From IMG/VR virus record IMGVR_UViG_3300044703_000055, positions 1-51,124 of that record: 51,124 nt of DNA; one strand, 5' to 3'. The DNA is from a virus. Its lineage: Duplodnaviria; Caudoviricetes. The notes beneath the pieces were generated by a model. The model did no database searches and was not told the origin of the DNA. It worked only from the letters and a program-made list of their open reading frames with translations. Positions 9,707-20,066 of the stretch are shown one piece after another. Position 1 is the first letter of the stretch. Every line of letters begins with the position of its first letter. The position numbers were made by a program, and so were the translations under genes.

Positions 9707-10570
9707 GTGCGCACACAGGACCTCTATCAGAAAGTTACGAACGACATCATCAAGGAGCTGGAAGCCGGCACTATTCCATGGGTTCAGCCGTGGAAGAATA
9801 ATAGCCGGCACGTCGGCATCATGCCGGTCAACGTAGCAACCGGAAGAAGCTACTCGGGCATCAATATCCCGATTCTCTGGCACTCCCAAAGGATGCAGGG
9901 CTTTCCCGAGCCAGCATGGATGACCTTCCAACAAGCACTCCACCTCGGGGCGCATGTGCGGAAGGGGGAGAAAGGCACGACGGTCGTGTTCACCAAGCCA
10001 CTCATCTTCAAGGGCGAGGACAACGAGGAACACCGCAAAGGTTCGATGCTCAAATCCTTTACGGCATTCAATATCGCGCAGATCGACGAGCTGCCGGAGA
10101 CGGTCAACGCGCCGATCGCGCCGCCTCCGCAGGGCGCCGTACAGAGCTTCGTGGACGCTACCAAGGCCGACATCCGCTTCGGCGGGAATAAGGCGTGCTA
10201 CGTCCCGTCGCTCGACTTCGTATCAATGCCCGCTACGGAGCAGTTCGCGAGCCTGGACCATTTCCATGCGACCGAGCTGCACGAGCTGGTGCATTGGAGC
10301 GGCGCGAAGTCCCGGCTTGATCGGGATCTGAGCGGCCGATTCCGAACCCGCGCATATGCAGCCGAGGAGCTGATCGCCGAATTCGGGGCAGCATTCCTCT
10401 GCGCGCACCTGGGGGTAACCGGCAGGCTCCGGCACGCCGATTACATCGCGAACTGGCTCGAACTCTTGCGTCACGACGATCGCGCGGTCTTTACGGCCGC
10501 ATCCCGCGCCTCACAAGCCGCTGACTACCTTCGGGCATTCAGGGAGTACAAGGAGGCGGTGTCATGCTGA
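9707..10570 (+). CDS. ardC: ArdC antirestriction / ssDNA-binding zincin-like protein
   Basis: YQKVTNDIIKELEAGTIPWVQPW, YSGINI, WMTFQQA...VRKGEKG, HELVHW, YAAEELIAEFGAAFLCA; GTG 9707 after AAGGAG. Confidence 0.92.
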   Translation: MRTQDLYQKVTNDIIKELEAGTIPWVQPWKNNSRHVGIMPVNVATGRSYSGINIPILWHSQRMQGFPEPAWMTFQQALHLGAHVRKGEKGTTVVFTKPLIFKGEDNEEHRKGSMLKSFTAFNIAQIDELPETVNAPIAPPPQGAVQSFVDATKADIRFGGNKACYVPSLDFVSMPATEQFASLDHFHATELHELVHWSGAKSRLDRDLSGRFRTRAYAAEELIAEFGAAFLCAHLGVTGRLRHADYIANWLELLRHDDRAVFTAASRASQAADYLRAFREYKEAVSC

Positions 10571-10776
10571 GCAACGTCAAGCGTACCTATGCGCTCGCTG
10601 ACTTCACCGTCGAGGGTAAATCCGACAAGTGGTACTTCTGGCGAACCGCCCGATACGGCGACCGTGAGGAGCGCAAGGGACCATACGGCAGCATCGCGAG
10701 CGTCACCCTTATGGTTGCAAGGGAGATGAAGAAGGAGATTACGAAACGCGACGCGGCTCACCAGTTGCCGGAGTGA
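10564..10776 (+). CDS. Hypothetical protein (ardC-linked)
   Basis: AAGGAGG SD, overlaps ardC end. Confidence 0.65.
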   Translation: MLSNVKRTYALADFTVEGKSDKWYFWRTARYGDREERKGPYGSIASVTLMVAREMKKEITKRDAAHQLPE

Positions 10777-10779
10777 GCC

Positions 10780-10962
10780 ATGAAGACCGTAGAGATCAAC
10801 GGCGTTCGTATGCTCTGGCGCGATGTGCTGAAGCTTCGGAGAGAGCAAGAGAAACAGGCTCGACAGCCGCAACCTGCATTGTTCGAGCTTAAAGATGACT
10901 GCCGCCCACCCTCGCAGAAGAAGGCTGACGGCCGATTTCAAGAACCCACGCTGTTTGAATAG
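10780..10962 (+). CDS. Hypothetical protein (ardC-linked)
   Basis: GGAG SD; QPALFELKDDCRPPSQ...EPTLF. Confidence 0.65.
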   Translation: MKTVEINGVRMLWRDVLKLRREQEKQARQPQPALFELKDDCRPPSQKKADGRFQEPTLFE

Positions 10963-11115
10963 TGTGGATAGCGCCGCGCAAATGCGGCGCTTTTCGTGTG
11001 ATATGATTTCGGTAGTTTCTCCATACAGAGTCCGAAAGGACATGGCCCATAGCGAGGGCCTGTAGCTGAGATTGGAAGGAGATTATTCTGACCTCCTTCG
11101 CTCGGCTCGGGCTCT

Positions 11116-11439
11116 GTGCGGAGAACAGCAACAGAGACCGAGGCACAAGCCGCAATACTTGACTATCTAAGTGCGCGCGGCGTGTTCGCGATACGACAAA
11201 ATAACCAGCCCATCTATGACGCGAGCCGCGGCACATTCCGTGCGCTGCCGAAACACACGCCAAAGGGCGTCGCAGACATTCTAGCGGTGAAGGACGGCCG
11301 CGCGATCTTCCTTGAGGTAAAGAGTGACAAGGGCCGCATGTCACCGGATCAGCATGAATTCAGCCGGCGCGTCATAATTGCCGGCGCGGATTACCATGTC
11401 GTGCGCTCGATTGATGATGTGCAGAAGATCGGGTTATGA
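11116..11439 (+). CDS. VRR-NUC domain nuclease
   Basis: ETEAQAAILDYL, KGVADIL, IFLEVKSDKGRMSPDQHEF, VVRSIDDV. Confidence 0.88.
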   Translation: MRRTATETEAQAAILDYLSARGVFAIRQNNQPIYDASRGTFRALPKHTPKGVADILAVKDGRAIFLEVKSDKGRMSPDQHEFSRRVIIAGADYHVVRSIDDVQKIGL

Positions 11440-11642
11440 CCACGAAACGCCAGAAGGTCGCCAAAGGTCTTACGGAGCAGCGGATCGTTGACGCGCTACA
11501 GCCAGGCTGGCGGCTCATCCACATCAATTGGAAGAAGCGGAAAATTCATGTGGTGAACGGGTTTGGAATGCGGAAGTTTATTTCCCTTCCAGAAAAGCAG
11601 AGGGGCCCGGAAGTGAGCCGGACCCCTCGTTTTGCGGATTAG
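11436..11642 (+). CDS. Hypothetical basic protein
   Basis: ATGA overlap with VRR-NUC gene. Confidence 0.5.
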   Translation: MTTKRQKVAKGLTEQRIVDALQPGWRLIHINWKKRKIHVVNGFGMRKFISLPEKQRGPEVSRTPRFAD

Positions 11643-11911
11643 AACAGGTTGCCGAACGGACGATTGATCACGCTGTTCGGCCCGCCACGCCAGCCATGCT
11701 CCCTAATAGCTTTCATGCTGACACCAGTGGCAGCCTTTAAGCCCTTGTCCACTACAGTCTTTTCCTCCTTGGCGCCTTCGATGTTCGCCTTTGCCCGATC
11801 AGCGCCCCAAGCCGCAGCTGCCGAGGTAGCGGCTTCTTGGGCCTGCGCCAGATAAGCGCCTGCCGCGGTCAATACCAGGGCAACTGCAGCATTTGCGAGA
11901 AACTTAGACAT
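11639..11911 (-). CDS. Small secreted protein (moron)
   Basis: MSKFLANAAVALVLTAAGAYLAQA signal peptide; AGGGAG SD; antisense to late operon. Confidence 0.6.
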   Translation of the reverse strand: MSKFLANAAVALVLTAAGAYLAQAQEAATSAAAAWGADRAKANIEGAKEEKTVVDKGLKAATGVSMKAIREHGWRGGPNSVINRPFGNLF

Positions 11912-12077
11912 GCTAGCTCTCCCTACTATGTGTTGCTCGATGAGATGAGAACGGCTTCTACATAGATGGGTTCCGACGCTGTTTTTCACACTAAATTGCA
12001 GCTACGTTTTTGGACCGTTCATTCATCGTTCAGGAAACGATCATCTTTATGACACAATCGTTAGCCGACCTTATGGG

Positions 12078-12086
12078 TGGTATATT
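12078..12086 (+). promoter_or_regulatory. Extended -10 element 7 nt before terS ATG (leaderless candidate)
   Basis: TG-G-TATATT then TAATCCC ATG(12094). Confidence 0.45.
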
Positions 12087-12093
12087 TAATCCC

Positions 12094-12693
12094 ATGAGGC
12101 GTAAGACGTCCCCCGAGCAAGCCGGCAATACCCTTAATCCAAAGAACGAATTGTTCTGCCGCTACTACACTCAAAACTCAGAGCTATTCGGCAACGCCAC
12201 CCACGCATATGCCGAAGCATTCGATTACAAACTCGATACTCTGTCCCAAAAACCGGTCTATTCCGATCCAGATGAGGACGGCAACACCGAGAAAATCGAA
12301 GACAGTGAGTACGACAGAGCTTGTCACGTGTGCGCCGTCGAGGCGTCACGCCTCCTGAGAAAGCCTGAGATTCAGGCTCGCATCACTGTCTTCTTGAACG
12401 AGCTGTTGAAGGACGAGATTGTAGATAGCCAGCTCGCTAAACTTATTACGCAGGACGCGGATAACACTGCGAAGATTGCCGCGGTTCGCGAGTACAATAA
12501 GCTGCGCGGTCGCATTATCGACAAGACGCAACAGGTCAGCCGCTTACCATTCGGAGAAACTGATTTATCCGCAGTGATCGCAGCGCTCCCGCAGGAGCGT
12601 CAAGACTATTTCTATGAAATTATCAAAGGACTTATCGAAGAAGCCGAGCTACTCCGAAGCACTGCAACGGCTCAAGGCGGCGGCACTCGGTAA
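12094..12693 (+). CDS. terS: Terminase small subunit
   Basis: LNPKNELFCRYY...GNATHAYAEAF...ASRLLRKPEIQARI; directly before terL. Confidence 0.85.
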   Translation: MRRKTSPEQAGNTLNPKNELFCRYYTQNSELFGNATHAYAEAFDYKLDTLSQKPVYSDPDEDGNTEKIEDSEYDRACHVCAVEASRLLRKPEIQARITVFLNELLKDEIVDSQLAKLITQDADNTAKIAAVREYNKLRGRIIDKTQQVSRLPFGETDLSAVIAALPQERQDYFYEIIKGLIEEAELLRSTATAQGGGTR

Positions 12694-14242
12694 TCCGGAA
12701 GACATACGCAGACGCTTCGGCCGCACGCCGATCCAGCTCCTCCGGTTCATCGACCCTAAAATCCGCTTCCCGAAGAAGCTGCGCATCATCTTTGCATGCC
12801 TATGGCTTGGACAGGACCTACAGGGCCGCCCGGCTACCCGCTTCATCATGAAAGGCCCGCGAGGCGGCGGCAAAAGCAAGATGCTTGGCGCCCTCGGCTT
12901 CGTCATCTGGTTTCTAAAGCTGCTCAACTGCATCGACATGGGTGGTTCGCTCATGCAGGCGCAGGGAGTCTACAACTACTTCACCGGCCACATATTCGCG
13001 CAGGAGGGCATCTCGGGCGCATTGCCTTCCGAGCCGACGATGCACCGGACGCAGAGCGACAGGGGCAACTACTTCAAGGCCGTGGCCGCATCGCAAAAGC
13101 AGGTGCGCGGTCCGCACCCCGATTGCCTTTTCGTGGACGAGGCGTGCGAAACCAAGGACGAGCTGATCCTGTCCGCGCTGCCAATGGTGGACACGTCGAG
13201 CACGCCGCTCGTGGTCATGACCTCGACCTTCCACAAAATCTTCGGGCTGTTTCAGGAGATATGGGACCAGGCGGACACTTACGAATACGTGCGTCTGTCG
13301 TGGGACGCATTCGATGTCTGCAAGCAGTTCGATCCCGGCATATGGGAGGACGAGAAGTACACGAAGTACATTCCCGACCTTGCAAAGCTGAAGGAGCGCG
13401 CGGCCGGGCGCACCGGAGATCCCGAAGGCTGGGTACCGATCGAGAACATCATCCAGGCGTGGCGTGAAAAGCCATCCATTGACTACTTCGACGTGGAGTA
13501 CATGGGCTCGCGCCCGAGCGCGGCCGGCATGGTCAACGATCCCGAGGACGTAGACGCCTGTGTCATCGACGCGCTGGGCGAGTACGCCTACCGGCCCGGA
13601 GCGGAAACGGCGGGAGGCATCGACTGGGGTTTCTCAGGCATGACCGTCTGGGACGTGGAGATGGCGCACCGGGACAATATCAAGGTGCAGCTTGAAGCAC
13701 GTCACTGGACGCAAGTGCTCTCCGATGTGATCTGTGCGGAGATCGCAGACGACGTGGTGAAGTATCGCATCCGAACCATTCACGCCGATGCTTCCCATCC
13801 CTTTGAGAATGGCGCGCTTCGCAAGGCAATCGCGGAGCGCATCGCGCAGCTCCCCGAGAAAGAGCAGTTTCGCTGCACCGTCGTCGAGGTTCCGTTCGGC
13901 CGACCCGTGCAAATCGCAGAGCAAGACGGCCAGAAGCGCGAGATCAATAAGCGGCTCGGCACCGAGAAGGAAATGATGCTCGGCAACTATCGCGTCTATT
14001 TCCAACGCCGCCTCAATCGCATCCCTCGCACATGCAAGGAGGGTATTTGGCAGCATAAGCGGTACCGATATCAGGAGGGCACCGATAAGCCGCTGAAGGA
14101 GGACGACCACTACCCCGATGCGAAGATGCTCGCCCAAAAACGATGGCTTCTCGGCAAGACCACGAGTGCGATGCCGCGGGAAGAAAAGCTGCGAAAACGC
14201 ACTTCCACAGTCACAGGCGGCTTGCTCGAAGAACGCTTTTAG
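12614..14242 (+). CDS. terL: Terminase large subunit
   Basis: Walker A GPRGGGKS, Walker B LFVDEA, motif III MTST, nuclease GGIDWG and DDHYPDA. Confidence 0.92.
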   Translation: MKLSKDLSKKPSYSEALQRLKAAALGNPEDIRRRFGRTPIQLLRFIDPKIRFPKKLRIIFACLWLGQDLQGRPATRFIMKGPRGGGKSKMLGALGFVIWFLKLLNCIDMGGSLMQAQGVYNYFTGHIFAQEGISGALPSEPTMHRTQSDRGNYFKAVAASQKQVRGPHPDCLFVDEACETKDELILSALPMVDTSSTPLVVMTSTFHKIFGLFQEIWDQADTYEYVRLSWDAFDVCKQFDPGIWEDEKYTKYIPDLAKLKERAAGRTGDPEGWVPIENIIQAWREKPSIDYFDVEYMGSRPSAAGMVNDPEDVDACVIDALGEYAYRPGAETAGGIDWGFSGMTVWDVEMAHRDNIKVQLEARHWTQVLSDVICAEIADDVVKYRIRTIHADASHPFENGALRKAIAERIAQLPEKEQFRCTVVEVPFGRPVQIAEQDGQKREINKRLGTEKEMMLGNYRVYFQRRLNRIPRTCKEGIWQHKRYRYQEGTDKPLKEDDHYPDAKMLAQKRWLLGKTTSAMPREEKLRKRTSTVTGGLLEERF

Positions 14243-14261
14243 CGGGTGATATGATTACCGC

Positions 14262-16481
14262 ATGAAGTTACTCGGCGTCGAAATACGACGCGCTAAAGAA
14301 GCAGCCGAACCGAAGACCACAAAAAAAGGATTGGTGATTGGCGATAGCGGCACGCGCATTCTCGATGGCATCATAAGCGAGGAATACAACACCAAACTTA
14401 ACGGCGCGACGGGCATCGAAGTCTATGACGAGATGCGCAAGAGCGATGGCGCGGTCCGCGCCGCGGTGCAAGCAGTCACACTCCCGATCCGCGCGGCCGA
14501 ATGGTACATCAAACCCGCAAGCGAAGATGCAGCGGACAAGGCGGTCGCCGATTTTGTAACCGAAGAACTATTCAACAATCCATCATTCACGTTCGACGAC
14601 TTCCTGCGCCAAGCGCTTCTTTCCCTGCCGTTTGGCGTCATGGTGTTCGAGAAAGTGTTCACCACGCGCGATGTGGACGGAACGACGCGCATCGTGTGGG
14701 ACAAGCTCGGAGCGCGCATGCCGCGCTCGATTCAGAAGTGGGCGATTGGCGGCGGCAAACTCGGCATCCTGCAAAACAGATCGGACGGACAGCCTGTCGA
14801 AATTCCTTTCGAGAAGCTGATCGTTTTTGTCAACGAGATGGAGGGCGATAACTGGTGGGGCACCTCCATCCTTCGTGCCGCGTATAAGCACTGGTACATC
14901 AAGAATACGTTTTACAAGATCGACGCGATTGCATTCGAGCGCCAGGGGCTCGGCATTCCTTCCGGCACATTGCCGGACAATTACACCGAGCGCGATCGCT
15001 CGACGATGGAAAGCATCCTGAAGAACATGCGCGCGAATTCGCAATCGTATGTCATCAAGCCGAAAGACTACGAGATCGCATTCATGGACATGATGGCGCG
15101 CACCACGCGCGATCCGCAAAGCTCTATCGCTCACCACAACCGCGAGATCATGAAATGCGTGCTCGCCCAATTTCTCGAACTCGGTTCGACGGACGCCGGA
15201 GGTACGGGCGGCTCGCGTGCTCTCTCCGAGGATCACTCGGACCTGTTCTTGCAGTCGATCGAAAGCATTGCACGCTCCATAGCCTCCACATTCACGCGCC
15301 AGGCTGTGAAGGAGCTTGTGGACCTCAACTTCGAGGGAGTGAAACAGTACCCCAGCCTCGACTTCGAGGGCATCACCGCAGACGACGTGCAGGCGCTCTC
15401 CACTGCCTACCAGACGCTCCGTGGCGCGGGAGGCTTGACCGCGCAGGATGCGGACGAGGCTTACCTGCGCAAACTGCTCGGCTTGCCGGAATTGGACGAA
15501 CAAGGCGTGCGGGAGGAGAAGACGACCAATGTGCCGGTTGATCCGAACAATCCCAACCCCGGCACGCAGCAGCCCGATAACAAGCAGCCACCGAAGAAGA
15601 ACGCGAGCGAGCACACCCACGGCGTAAAAAAAAACTTTTCAGATGGCTTTAAGGCGTACCGGAAGCTCACGTTCGCGGAGGAAAAAGTAGATTTCGATAA
15701 GCTGCAGCAGAAGATGGACGAGCTGGAAAGCCAGTTCGACCAAGCCACGAAAAATATGCTGCATGATGCGCGCGACGAATACATGGCCGCATTCACGAAG
15801 GCAGCGCATGCCGGCGACACGCAGGCGATCAAGGACGCTACGCTAAAGGTGCAGAGTGACTACGCGCGGATAATCAAGAACGCGGGCAAGTCCGCATTCG
15901 AGTATGGGAAAAACAATGCGGCAAAAGAGATCGGCGTAGGGGCTCCGCCGAATCCGTCTGACCTTCTCCGGCAGATCGACATACAGGCGGATACGATTGC
16001 CGACGCACATATCACCGAGATCATATCCGACAGCAAACAGGCGTACGTGCAGGCGCTCAATAAGGGGCTATCGGTCACAGCCGCCCTCGCCGCAGCGGAT
16101 GCGGCAGCGGAAGCGGCTATTGACGCGCTCACGGACGACACCGGCGGTATTCTCCTATCCGCGTACATCAATCATGGCCGCAACGAGGTGTTCGACCGAA
16201 ACAGCGCAGACGTGCACGCGCTACAGCGTTCGGAAATTCTCGATGAGGTGACGTGCAACTATTGCATGTCGATTGACGGCCGCATTATCGAGAAGGACGA
16301 TGCATTTGGCCAGAACACCATCTTCCATAGCAACTGCCGTGGCATTTGGGTCGCGATCCTAAAGGACGAGGAGGAGCTGCCGAAAATCAGCGGCATACCG
16401 CAGTCACTGCGGGATCGGTTCGGAGATGCGGTGAATGATCTTATTCAGCCGAAGAGCCCGATCACGAGAAAACGGAGTTAA
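14262..16481 (+). CDS. Portal protein (DUF935/Mu gp29-like) fused to gpF-like head morphogenesis domain
   Basis: WWGTSILRAAYKHWYIK...FERQGLGIP portal motif; C-terminal SEILDEVTCNYCMSIDG...FHSNCRGIWV; TG-A-TATGAT 6 nt before ATG. Confidence 0.88.
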   Translation: MKLLGVEIRRAKEAAEPKTTKKGLVIGDSGTRILDGIISEEYNTKLNGATGIEVYDEMRKSDGAVRAAVQAVTLPIRAAEWYIKPASEDAADKAVADFVTEELFNNPSFTFDDFLRQALLSLPFGVMVFEKVFTTRDVDGTTRIVWDKLGARMPRSIQKWAIGGGKLGILQNRSDGQPVEIPFEKLIVFVNEMEGDNWWGTSILRAAYKHWYIKNTFYKIDAIAFERQGLGIPSGTLPDNYTERDRSTMESILKNMRANSQSYVIKPKDYEIAFMDMMARTTRDPQSSIAHHNREIMKCVLAQFLELGSTDAGGTGGSRALSEDHSDLFLQSIESIARSIASTFTRQAVKELVDLNFEGVKQYPSLDFEGITADDVQALSTAYQTLRGAGGLTAQDADEAYLRKLLGLPELDEQGVREEKTTNVPVDPNNPNPGTQQPDNKQPPKKNASEHTHGVKKNFSDGFKAYRKLTFAEEKVDFDKLQQKMDELESQFDQATKNMLHDARDEYMAAFTKAAHAGDTQAIKDATLKVQSDYARIIKNAGKSAFEYGKNNAAKEIGVGAPPNPSDLLRQIDIQADTIADAHITEIISDSKQAYVQALNKGLSVTAALAAADAAAEAAIDALTDDTGGILLSAYINHGRNEVFDRNSADVHALQRSEILDEVTCNYCMSIDGRIIEKDDAFGQNTIFHSNCRGIWVAILKDEEELPKISGIPQSLRDRFGDAVNDLIQPKSPITRKRS

Positions 16482-16487
16482 TCCTGA

Positions 16488-17381
16488 CTACGATTCGGCT
16501 TTGCCGGACCGTTTCAATAGACCTTTAAGTGCATCGGCAACCGGCTTGCCACCGACCAACACGGCCGATACGGCAACCGCCGTCTGACCTCCCGCTCCAG
16601 CTAAGGAGCAGATGGTAACTGCCGACAAGAACATGCTCATGTCGTATGCCTTCGCACATATCTTCTCGTGACCCCTGTCCCACCAGTTGCGAACACCATC
16701 GGAAAAAGATCGAACCGATTTATTAATGTTCTTTTCCCTTTCCTCCGGGTGTGATTTAGACGCTTCAATGTTCTCGGTTAGCGCGTGTAACTCGGTCCTA
16801 AGATTTTCATAATCCGCGATCTGCGCGTCACGATTAGCAATAGCCTCCTCTGAATTCGGCCGCTCTTGACGCAGGGCAGCAAGTTTCTCGTCAAGCAGTA
16901 ATCGCAATGCAGATGATAATAGAAGGATTTGCGGCCTGTTGGCCGAGACGGATTTAATCACCTTTTTGCCACGAACATTCTGGCCAGAGGTTGAATTTCG
17001 CCGTTTTTCGTCGGTCAACCCTCCAACAATTTCTTCAAGTTCTTTGAAAGTCCAAAGGCGTGCATCCGCTTTACGAAAGCGGGCTTTAGCTCGGGGAGTA
17101 TACTCGTTGGTCACCACCCACAATTCGTCCGCTTCGCGGGGAAGAAATGACGATTCCCATGCCCGAAGCACCGTATTCGCATTTCCACTGTTAAATGGCC
17201 TTTGATAGTCCTTACACTCGATCGCATATCGCCGCTTGACACCTGCTTGCGCTGCCTCGGCCAAGAGATCAACCGTAATTCCCTGTTGTATAACACCTTT
17301 GTCAACTATGAAGCCGGCCCGTCTTAAAAGCTCTGCGACATGAGTGGCCAGCGGGTGCATTTCTCGAGATTTGGCAGACAT
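16488..17381 (-). CDS. Mrr-like PD-(D/E)XK endonuclease domain protein (moron)
   Basis: VAELLRRAGF, VDLLAE, YAIECKDY, WVVTNEYTPRA; antisense insert in head operon. Confidence 0.75.
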   Translation of the reverse strand: MSAKSREMHPLATHVAELLRRAGFIVDKGVIQQGITVDLLAEAAQAGVKRRYAIECKDYQRPFNSGNANTVLRAWESSFLPREADELWVVTNEYTPRAKARFRKADARLWTFKELEEIVGGLTDEKRRNSTSGQNVRGKKVIKSVSANRPQILLLSSALRLLLDEKLAALRQERPNSEEAIANRDAQIADYENLRTELHALTENIEASKSHPEEREKNINKSVRSFSDGVRNWWDRGHEKICAKAYDMSMFLSAVTICSLAGAGGQTAVAVSAVLVGGKPVADALKGLLKRSGKAES

Positions 17382-17485
17382 CGGGTTTGCGCGTGCTCCC
17401 CACTTCTTCCGAATAAAATGGACGTTATCAACAGATGCACCAGCCAGTTTCGGATATTGACAGAGATGGGCTGTATCATGACATC

Positions 17486-18703
17486 ATGAGCAAGAAAGAG
17501 CGCGATAGCAAGAAGCGAATCGCGTTCGTGCAGCTCTTCGCGGAAGCGTCGTCTTCCACGGCAGTACCGGAGGAGATACACGTTGTCCCAACGGGCAAGT
17601 GGGATCACCCGGTATACGGCGAGATGGAGATCACGCCGGCAGACATCGCGGAGTTCATACAGAACTTCAGTCGCGGTGTCCGCCGAGATATCCCCATCAC
17701 GCAAGGCCATGACAATGGCATGAGTGGAGGCGAGTTGCCCGCGATCGGCTGGTTCACAGAACTAAGCGATCGTGGATCAAGCGGCCTTTACGCTTCGGTC
17801 AAGTGGACCGATGAAGGCAAGCAGCTCCTTACAAGCGGTTCGTTCAAGTATTTCTCCCCGGAGTTTTACGAGCAGTACAGCGACCCGGAAACGGGCGTGA
17901 AGTACGGGCACGTGCTCGTGGGAGGCGCACTGACGAACAAGCCGTATTTCAAAGAGCTTGACCCGGTAGCCGCATTTAGCGAGCCGGAGATTAGAAATCA
18001 ATTTAATGATGATATGACACTGAAAGATATAATGGCAAAGAAGCCCAACGAACTCTCCGAGACGGAGAAAGCATTCGTTCGGGAACATAAAGGGGAACTC
18101 ACCGCGGAGCAGACTACTGCTTTTGCAAGCGTGTTCGATGAATCCGCCCCGGAGGAATCCGAGGAGGAGAAGACGGCGCGCGAGGAAAAGGAGAAGGGTG
18201 ACGCGAATGAGGCGAACGGGTTGAACCGCGACGGTTCGGCCAAAGTGGACGCATCTGAGAAAGTAATGGTTTCGGCGGCCGAACTTACTCTCCTCCGCCA
18301 AAAGGCGGATAAGGGGCAGGAAGCATTTTCGCTCGTTGAGACGATGAAGCTCGAATCCGAAATCTCGAAGATGGTCTTCACAGAGGCCAATAAGGAAGGA
18401 CGAATTCTTCCGAAGCAGCAAAAGTCCGTCGTTGACTTTATGAAAACGCTTTCCGAGAAGCAGCGCGATCAATTCCGCAACATCGTCAATAATCTTCCGA
18501 CCTATAAGTTGTTCGGAGAGATGGGCGATGCGGGCGGGGAACCGGCCGCAACGAAGGCAGCGGAAGTTGAGGTGGCAATCAACGCCAAGATCAAGGCGTC
18601 TGAAGGCAAGCTCTCGTACTCGGACGCGCTCTCGCAGGTTTCTAAAGAAAACCCGCAGCTCATCAAGGAATACAACGACGAGATGCAGGCCAACCGCGGT
18701 TAA
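17486..18703 (+). CDS. Mu gpI-like prohead protease/scaffold
   Basis: IHVVPTGKWDHP, AIGWF, VKWTDEG...FKYFSPEF, LVGGALTNKPYF; acidic coiled-coil scaffold tail. Confidence 0.88.
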   Translation: MSKKERDSKKRIAFVQLFAEASSSTAVPEEIHVVPTGKWDHPVYGEMEITPADIAEFIQNFSRGVRRDIPITQGHDNGMSGGELPAIGWFTELSDRGSSGLYASVKWTDEGKQLLTSGSFKYFSPEFYEQYSDPETGVKYGHVLVGGALTNKPYFKELDPVAAFSEPEIRNQFNDDMTLKDIMAKKPNELSETEKAFVREHKGELTAEQTTAFASVFDESAPEESEEEKTAREEKEKGDANEANGLNRDGSAKVDASEKVMVSAAELTLLRQKADKGQEAFSLVETMKLESEISKMVFTEANKEGRILPKQQKSVVDFMKTLSEKQRDQFRNIVNNLPTYKLFGEMGDAGGEPAATKAAEVEVAINAKIKASEGKLSYSDALSQVSKENPQLIKEYNDEMQANRG

Positions 18704-18727
18704 TTAATACGATAATTCCATTCGTTT

Positions 18728-19093
18728 ATGTCTACACAAATTACTGGCCACGTTCGCAGCTCGACTGCCGACGCGGCCATCACGCTCCACCAGGTGCTGA
18801 AGAACACTTCGACCGGCGTGGACGTGGCAACCGCCGGCACCGATAAAATCGTTGGCGTTGCGCAAAACGCAGCGGCTACGGGCGAACAGGTGGGCGTTCA
18901 GTTCACCGGCACTGCGAAGTGCATCGCATCGGCAGCTATTAGCAAGGGCGCGTGGGTCACTGCGACCACGGGCGGCAAGGTCGTCACGACCGTGACCGAC
19001 AAGAACGTCGTACTCGGCCAAGCATTGGAGGCGGCAGCGGCTGACGGCGACTTCATCGAAGTCCAGCTCGGTATCTTCACGCTCTCCGTTTAA
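18728..19093 (+). CDS. Capsid cement/decoration protein (DUF2190-like)
   Basis: IVGVAQNAAATGEQVGV...LGQALEAAAADGDFIEV, between protease and capsid. Confidence 0.75.
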   Translation: MSTQITGHVRSSTADAAITLHQVLKNTSTGVDVATAGTDKIVGVAQNAAATGEQVGVQFTGTAKCIASAAISKGAWVTATTGGKVVTTVTDKNVVLGQALEAAAADGDFIEVQLGIFTLSV

Positions 19094-19112
19094 TCGATTT
19101 CACTTAATCACT

Positions 19113-20051
19113 ATGTCTACAAATCGTTATCAAGGATACGACCCGATATTGTCGAACGCGGCTATTGCCTACACGAACGACGCCTATATCGCTTCGGAAC
19201 TCCTCCCGACCCTTCCGGTCAATTTCCAGACAGGCAAACACTGGATTTACAATCAGGGACGTTTCCGCAACACACCTTCGAAGCGTGCCACAGGCGCGAA
19301 ATCCGGTGAAGTCGAGCTGACGCTCACGACCGGTAATCCTTATTTCTGCGAGGATCATGCTTTGAAGCAATTCGTCGCAGACGAGGATGTGGAAAACGCG
19401 ACTACTCCGACCGATCCGTACACGGATGCCAACGAGAACGTGAACGAGATGCTACTCATTGGTCGCGAGATCGAGGCGGCGACCCTTCTCACTTCGACGG
19501 CAAACATTACGCAGAACACTACGCTTTCGGGCACGTCTCGCTTGGACGACTACTCGAACAGCGATCCGTTCGCCACGATTGAGACAGGTCGCCAGACGAT
19601 CCACAGCGCTACGCACCTGACACCTAACGTGCTCGTCATGGGCAAGCAGGTATGGGACAAGCTGAAGTACCACCCGGCTCTTATGGAGCGTGTGAAGTAC
19701 AGCCAGCGGGCGCAAATGACTACCGATTTGGTCGCCTCCCTTTTGGAGGTTGACCGCATCTTGGTCGCGGCTGCCGGTTACAACACTTCGAAAGAAGGCC
19801 AGACCGACAGCATGTCGTACATCTGGGGCAAGGACATGCTCCTCGCGTACGTGGCTCCGAAGATCGCTCCGAAGATGCTCTCCCTTGGTATAAATTACCA
19901 ATGGGCGAAGAAGTCCAAGGTTGTTCAGCGCCTCCGCGGTACGGACGAGGAAGACCGCCAGGGTACATACATCCGTGTCGGCGGCGATTACTACGACATG
20001 AACATCACGTCCGCATCGTGCGGCTACCTGATGAAGACTGTCGTTTCCTAA
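19113..20051 (+). CDS. Major capsid protein
   Basis: 312 aa, DPILSNAAIAY, PNVLVMGKQVWDKLKYHP, CGYLMKTVV; position after protease and cement. Confidence 0.85.
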   Translation: MSTNRYQGYDPILSNAAIAYTNDAYIASELLPTLPVNFQTGKHWIYNQGRFRNTPSKRATGAKSGEVELTLTTGNPYFCEDHALKQFVADEDVENATTPTDPYTDANENVNEMLLIGREIEAATLLTSTANITQNTTLSGTSRLDDYSNSDPFATIETGRQTIHSATHLTPNVLVMGKQVWDKLKYHPALMERVKYSQRAQMTTDLVASLLEVDRILVAAAGYNTSKEGQTDSMSYIWGKDMLLAYVAPKIAPKMLSLGINYQWAKKSKVVQRLRGTDEEDRQGTYIRVGGDYYDMNITSASCGYLMKTVVS

Positions 20052-20066
20052 GCTTATTAAGCGCAT

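Noticed and set aside
17457-17479. TTGACA...TATCAT as a full sigma70 promoter
   Set aside because: Spacer is only 11 nt
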